Shown: one piece after another, positions 63,001 through 64,000 of the stretch
Layout: every line of letters begins with the position of its first letter
Numbering within the stretch: position 1 is the first letter of the stretch
Assembly (NCBI GenBank): GCA_964486045.1
Contig: CAZALK010000003.1
Location: 241,879 to 305,878, forward strand
Reading direction: 5' to 3'
Length of the DNA stretch: 64,000 nt
Origin: an uncultured archaeon
GTDB taxonomy: Archaea; Asgardarchaeota; Lokiarchaeia; Sigyniarchaeales; SOKP01
The notes under the pieces: generated by a model
Databases searched by the model: none
What the model saw: the letters and a program-made list of their open reading frames with translations, nothing else
What the model was told of the DNA's origin: nothing
Translations under genes and position numbers: made by a program

Positions 63001-63921
63001 GACGATTTCCTCACGACTGTAACCTAGCAAGTCCAACTCATATTTATTCATGTCTGTGATAATGCGGTCAGATTTGAAAATATGAAAACCGATGGCGGCA
63101 CTGTCAAAAAAGTCTCTGAATAATTCCTCGTTCATTCGTAATTTTTCTTCCATATAGTACCTTTCTGTGATATCTGTAAAAGTACCTTCAATAGCAATCA
63201 TTTCTCCATTAGAATTTTTTATTAGATGGGCATTTGCTTGAAGAATAATTTGTTCATCACTTTTTTTCTTAACATAAACAACAAAATCTTTGATAAAACC
63301 ATTTTTCGTCAATTCTTTTAAATAATTTTGACGATCCTTTGGATTTTGCCAAAAATAAATAGATTTTGATCCTGTTAAATTTTTAAAAGGATCAATTCCC
63401 AATATTCTATTATGTGCGGGATTGTGATCCAAATAAATTCCATCAAAACTAACTTTAAAAAATCCTATATCAAGATTGTTAATCATATTTCTATACTTTT
63501 CTTCAGATTCTTTTAATTTTTGCTCAGTTTGTTGTTTCTCAGCAATTAAGTGTTGTTTTTCAATAGAATGTCTGATGCTTGCCAACAATTCATCTAAATT
63601 TAACGGTTTATTAATATAGCCTGATGCTCCCTTATGCAATGAATTGATGGCAGAATTAATATCAGCATTCCCAGTAATCATAATTATTTCTATATCAGGT
63701 TGCTTTTCCTTAATCGGAATTATTAGTTCAATTCCATTAATGTCAGGAAGTTTAATATCTAAAAGCACCAAATTATGGAACTTTTCTGCAATTTTTTCCA
63801 ATCCATCTTGACCATCTTTTGCTACCTCCACCCCATAATCTTGCTTCTTTAAGAAAAGTGCTAAAGAATTTCGAATATCTTCATCATCATCTATAATTAA
63901 AATTCTTTCTTTAGCTTCCAT
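60019..63921 (-). CDS. REC - multi-PAS - GAF hybrid histidine kinase, paralogue of 53091-58529
   Basis: Same architecture; start MEAKER chosen by alignment with MEAKEK (track start 63963). Confidence 0.92.
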   Translation of the reverse strand: MEAKERILIIDDDEDIRNSLALFLKKQDYGVEVAKDGQDGLEKIAEKFHNLVLLDIKLPDINGIELIIPIKEKQPDIEIIMITGNADINSAINSLHKGASGYINKPLNLDELLASIRHSIEKQHLIAEKQQTEQKLKESEEKYRNMINNLDIGFFKVSFDGIYLDHNPAHNRILGIDPFKNLTGSKSIYFWQNPKDRQNYLKELTKNGFIKDFVVYVKKKSDEQIILQANAHLIKNSNGEMIAIEGTFTDITERYYMEEKLRMNEELFRDFFDSAAIGFHIFKSDRIITDMNKYELDLLGYSREEIVDKKTWYDLIIPEQKLQFEKHWNDILDNGSVNNLEYTLIHKDGHFIDVLLNASSRFDDKDNLINTRGSVLNITDRKKAEEINLKLAAIVENSDDAITGKTLDGTIISWNKGAERIYSYTSKEIIGKPISILVPSDRPDEVSGILERIKAGDLIDHFETVRVRKDGEEINISLTISPIKDKDDIIIGTSTIARNITERKVVELELKKSEHNLRERVKELTCLYELSKLVESLDYSLKEILQGTLDLIPPAWQFPEITCARISFYGQEFKTKNFKETTWKQKADIKRINEIIGTIEVYYLKNMPIFDEGPFLKEERNLINACAEILGRYFERNEAEEKINNLAKFPSENPNPVLRINRNGIIYANKVSQDLFKIEEGDKTPMLLKDMVDKVMKTKITKTAEIELAGQIYSLVINPIRETNYVNVYGMDITVRKMAEQAIQKRTKEISMLLDASRAVLQYNDFEIVASLIFNSCMTLIGAEAGYIGILTPDKKQNQIIFSNPGKLQCEVDLDLPVPIRGIHGEVIKSKKTLYQNNFSNSDWINFLPEGHIPVNNVLFAPLIINDEVKGLMGLVNREGGFTEEEARLATAFAELASISLLNCQMLESLEKSERKYKRLSNILEQKVEERTIELKESEEKIQNMITNISEVLLEAEPSGILTYISPQINNIIGYQSEQLIGLNFMELIHLEDVNSFKETAAKALETKKVVSIECRLKHKKGYFVPVSARWSLVEINNEFKVIGLMSDNTERKEIDNMIKREIKQLKELDQIRNDLIQRISHELNTPLISILNGSQFLLDSYNDQMSNVVGDIVKIIYQGGYRLKEMVDNLTTAYELETEQIIFNIKRENLIPIVKECVEELIFQAEKRKVFINIELPPDLNIDVDKRMIKKVILNLLSNAVKNTLPNGNIFIKSIKHHNFMDIIIKDTGVGLTKKEMLTLFKKFGKIERYGKGMDVDIEGPGLGLYIANEIVKLHVGEILVKSKGRNEGSTFILRLFIK

Positions 63922-64000
63922 TTGTTGGGATTCACTAACTATCATTTCCTCATAAAATCTCAAAAATTAGTATATCATAGTTCGTAAAACATAAGTTTCC

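Overview
AT-rich archaeal chromosomal window, very probably Asgard archaea of the Lokiarchaeia/Promethearchaeota type. Support: archaeal uL16; Loki-type LRR and HEAT proteins; Rag-like and MglA-like small GTPases; longin-like and arrestin-like proteins; IPGY/IPFGN C-terminal sorting signals; large REC-PAS-GAF kinases. Core and metabolic genes (FrhB-like, Tag, Nfu, uL16, LutAB-like, acyl-CoA mutase operon, HtpX) alternate with small accessory cassettes, several of them bracketed by diverged duplicates of neighbouring sequence. The ORF track misses or truncates several genes: a secreted Met-rich protein running off the left edge, two micro-proteins, and two genes that appear to start at ATT behind strong Shine-Dalgarno motifs. 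Best candidates for undescribed systems: (1) a FrhB / Rag-like GTPase / arrestin-fold gene trio in which FrhB and the arrestin carry the same C-terminal beta-sandwich domain; (2) an ODP-type di-iron sensor operon ending in a longin-domain protein, downstream of three PAS kinases; (3) a mosaic array of seven-repeat surface glycoproteins. I saw no rRNA, tRNA, CRISPR array, transposase or integrase. All family calls come from recognising motifs by eye; no database searches were run.
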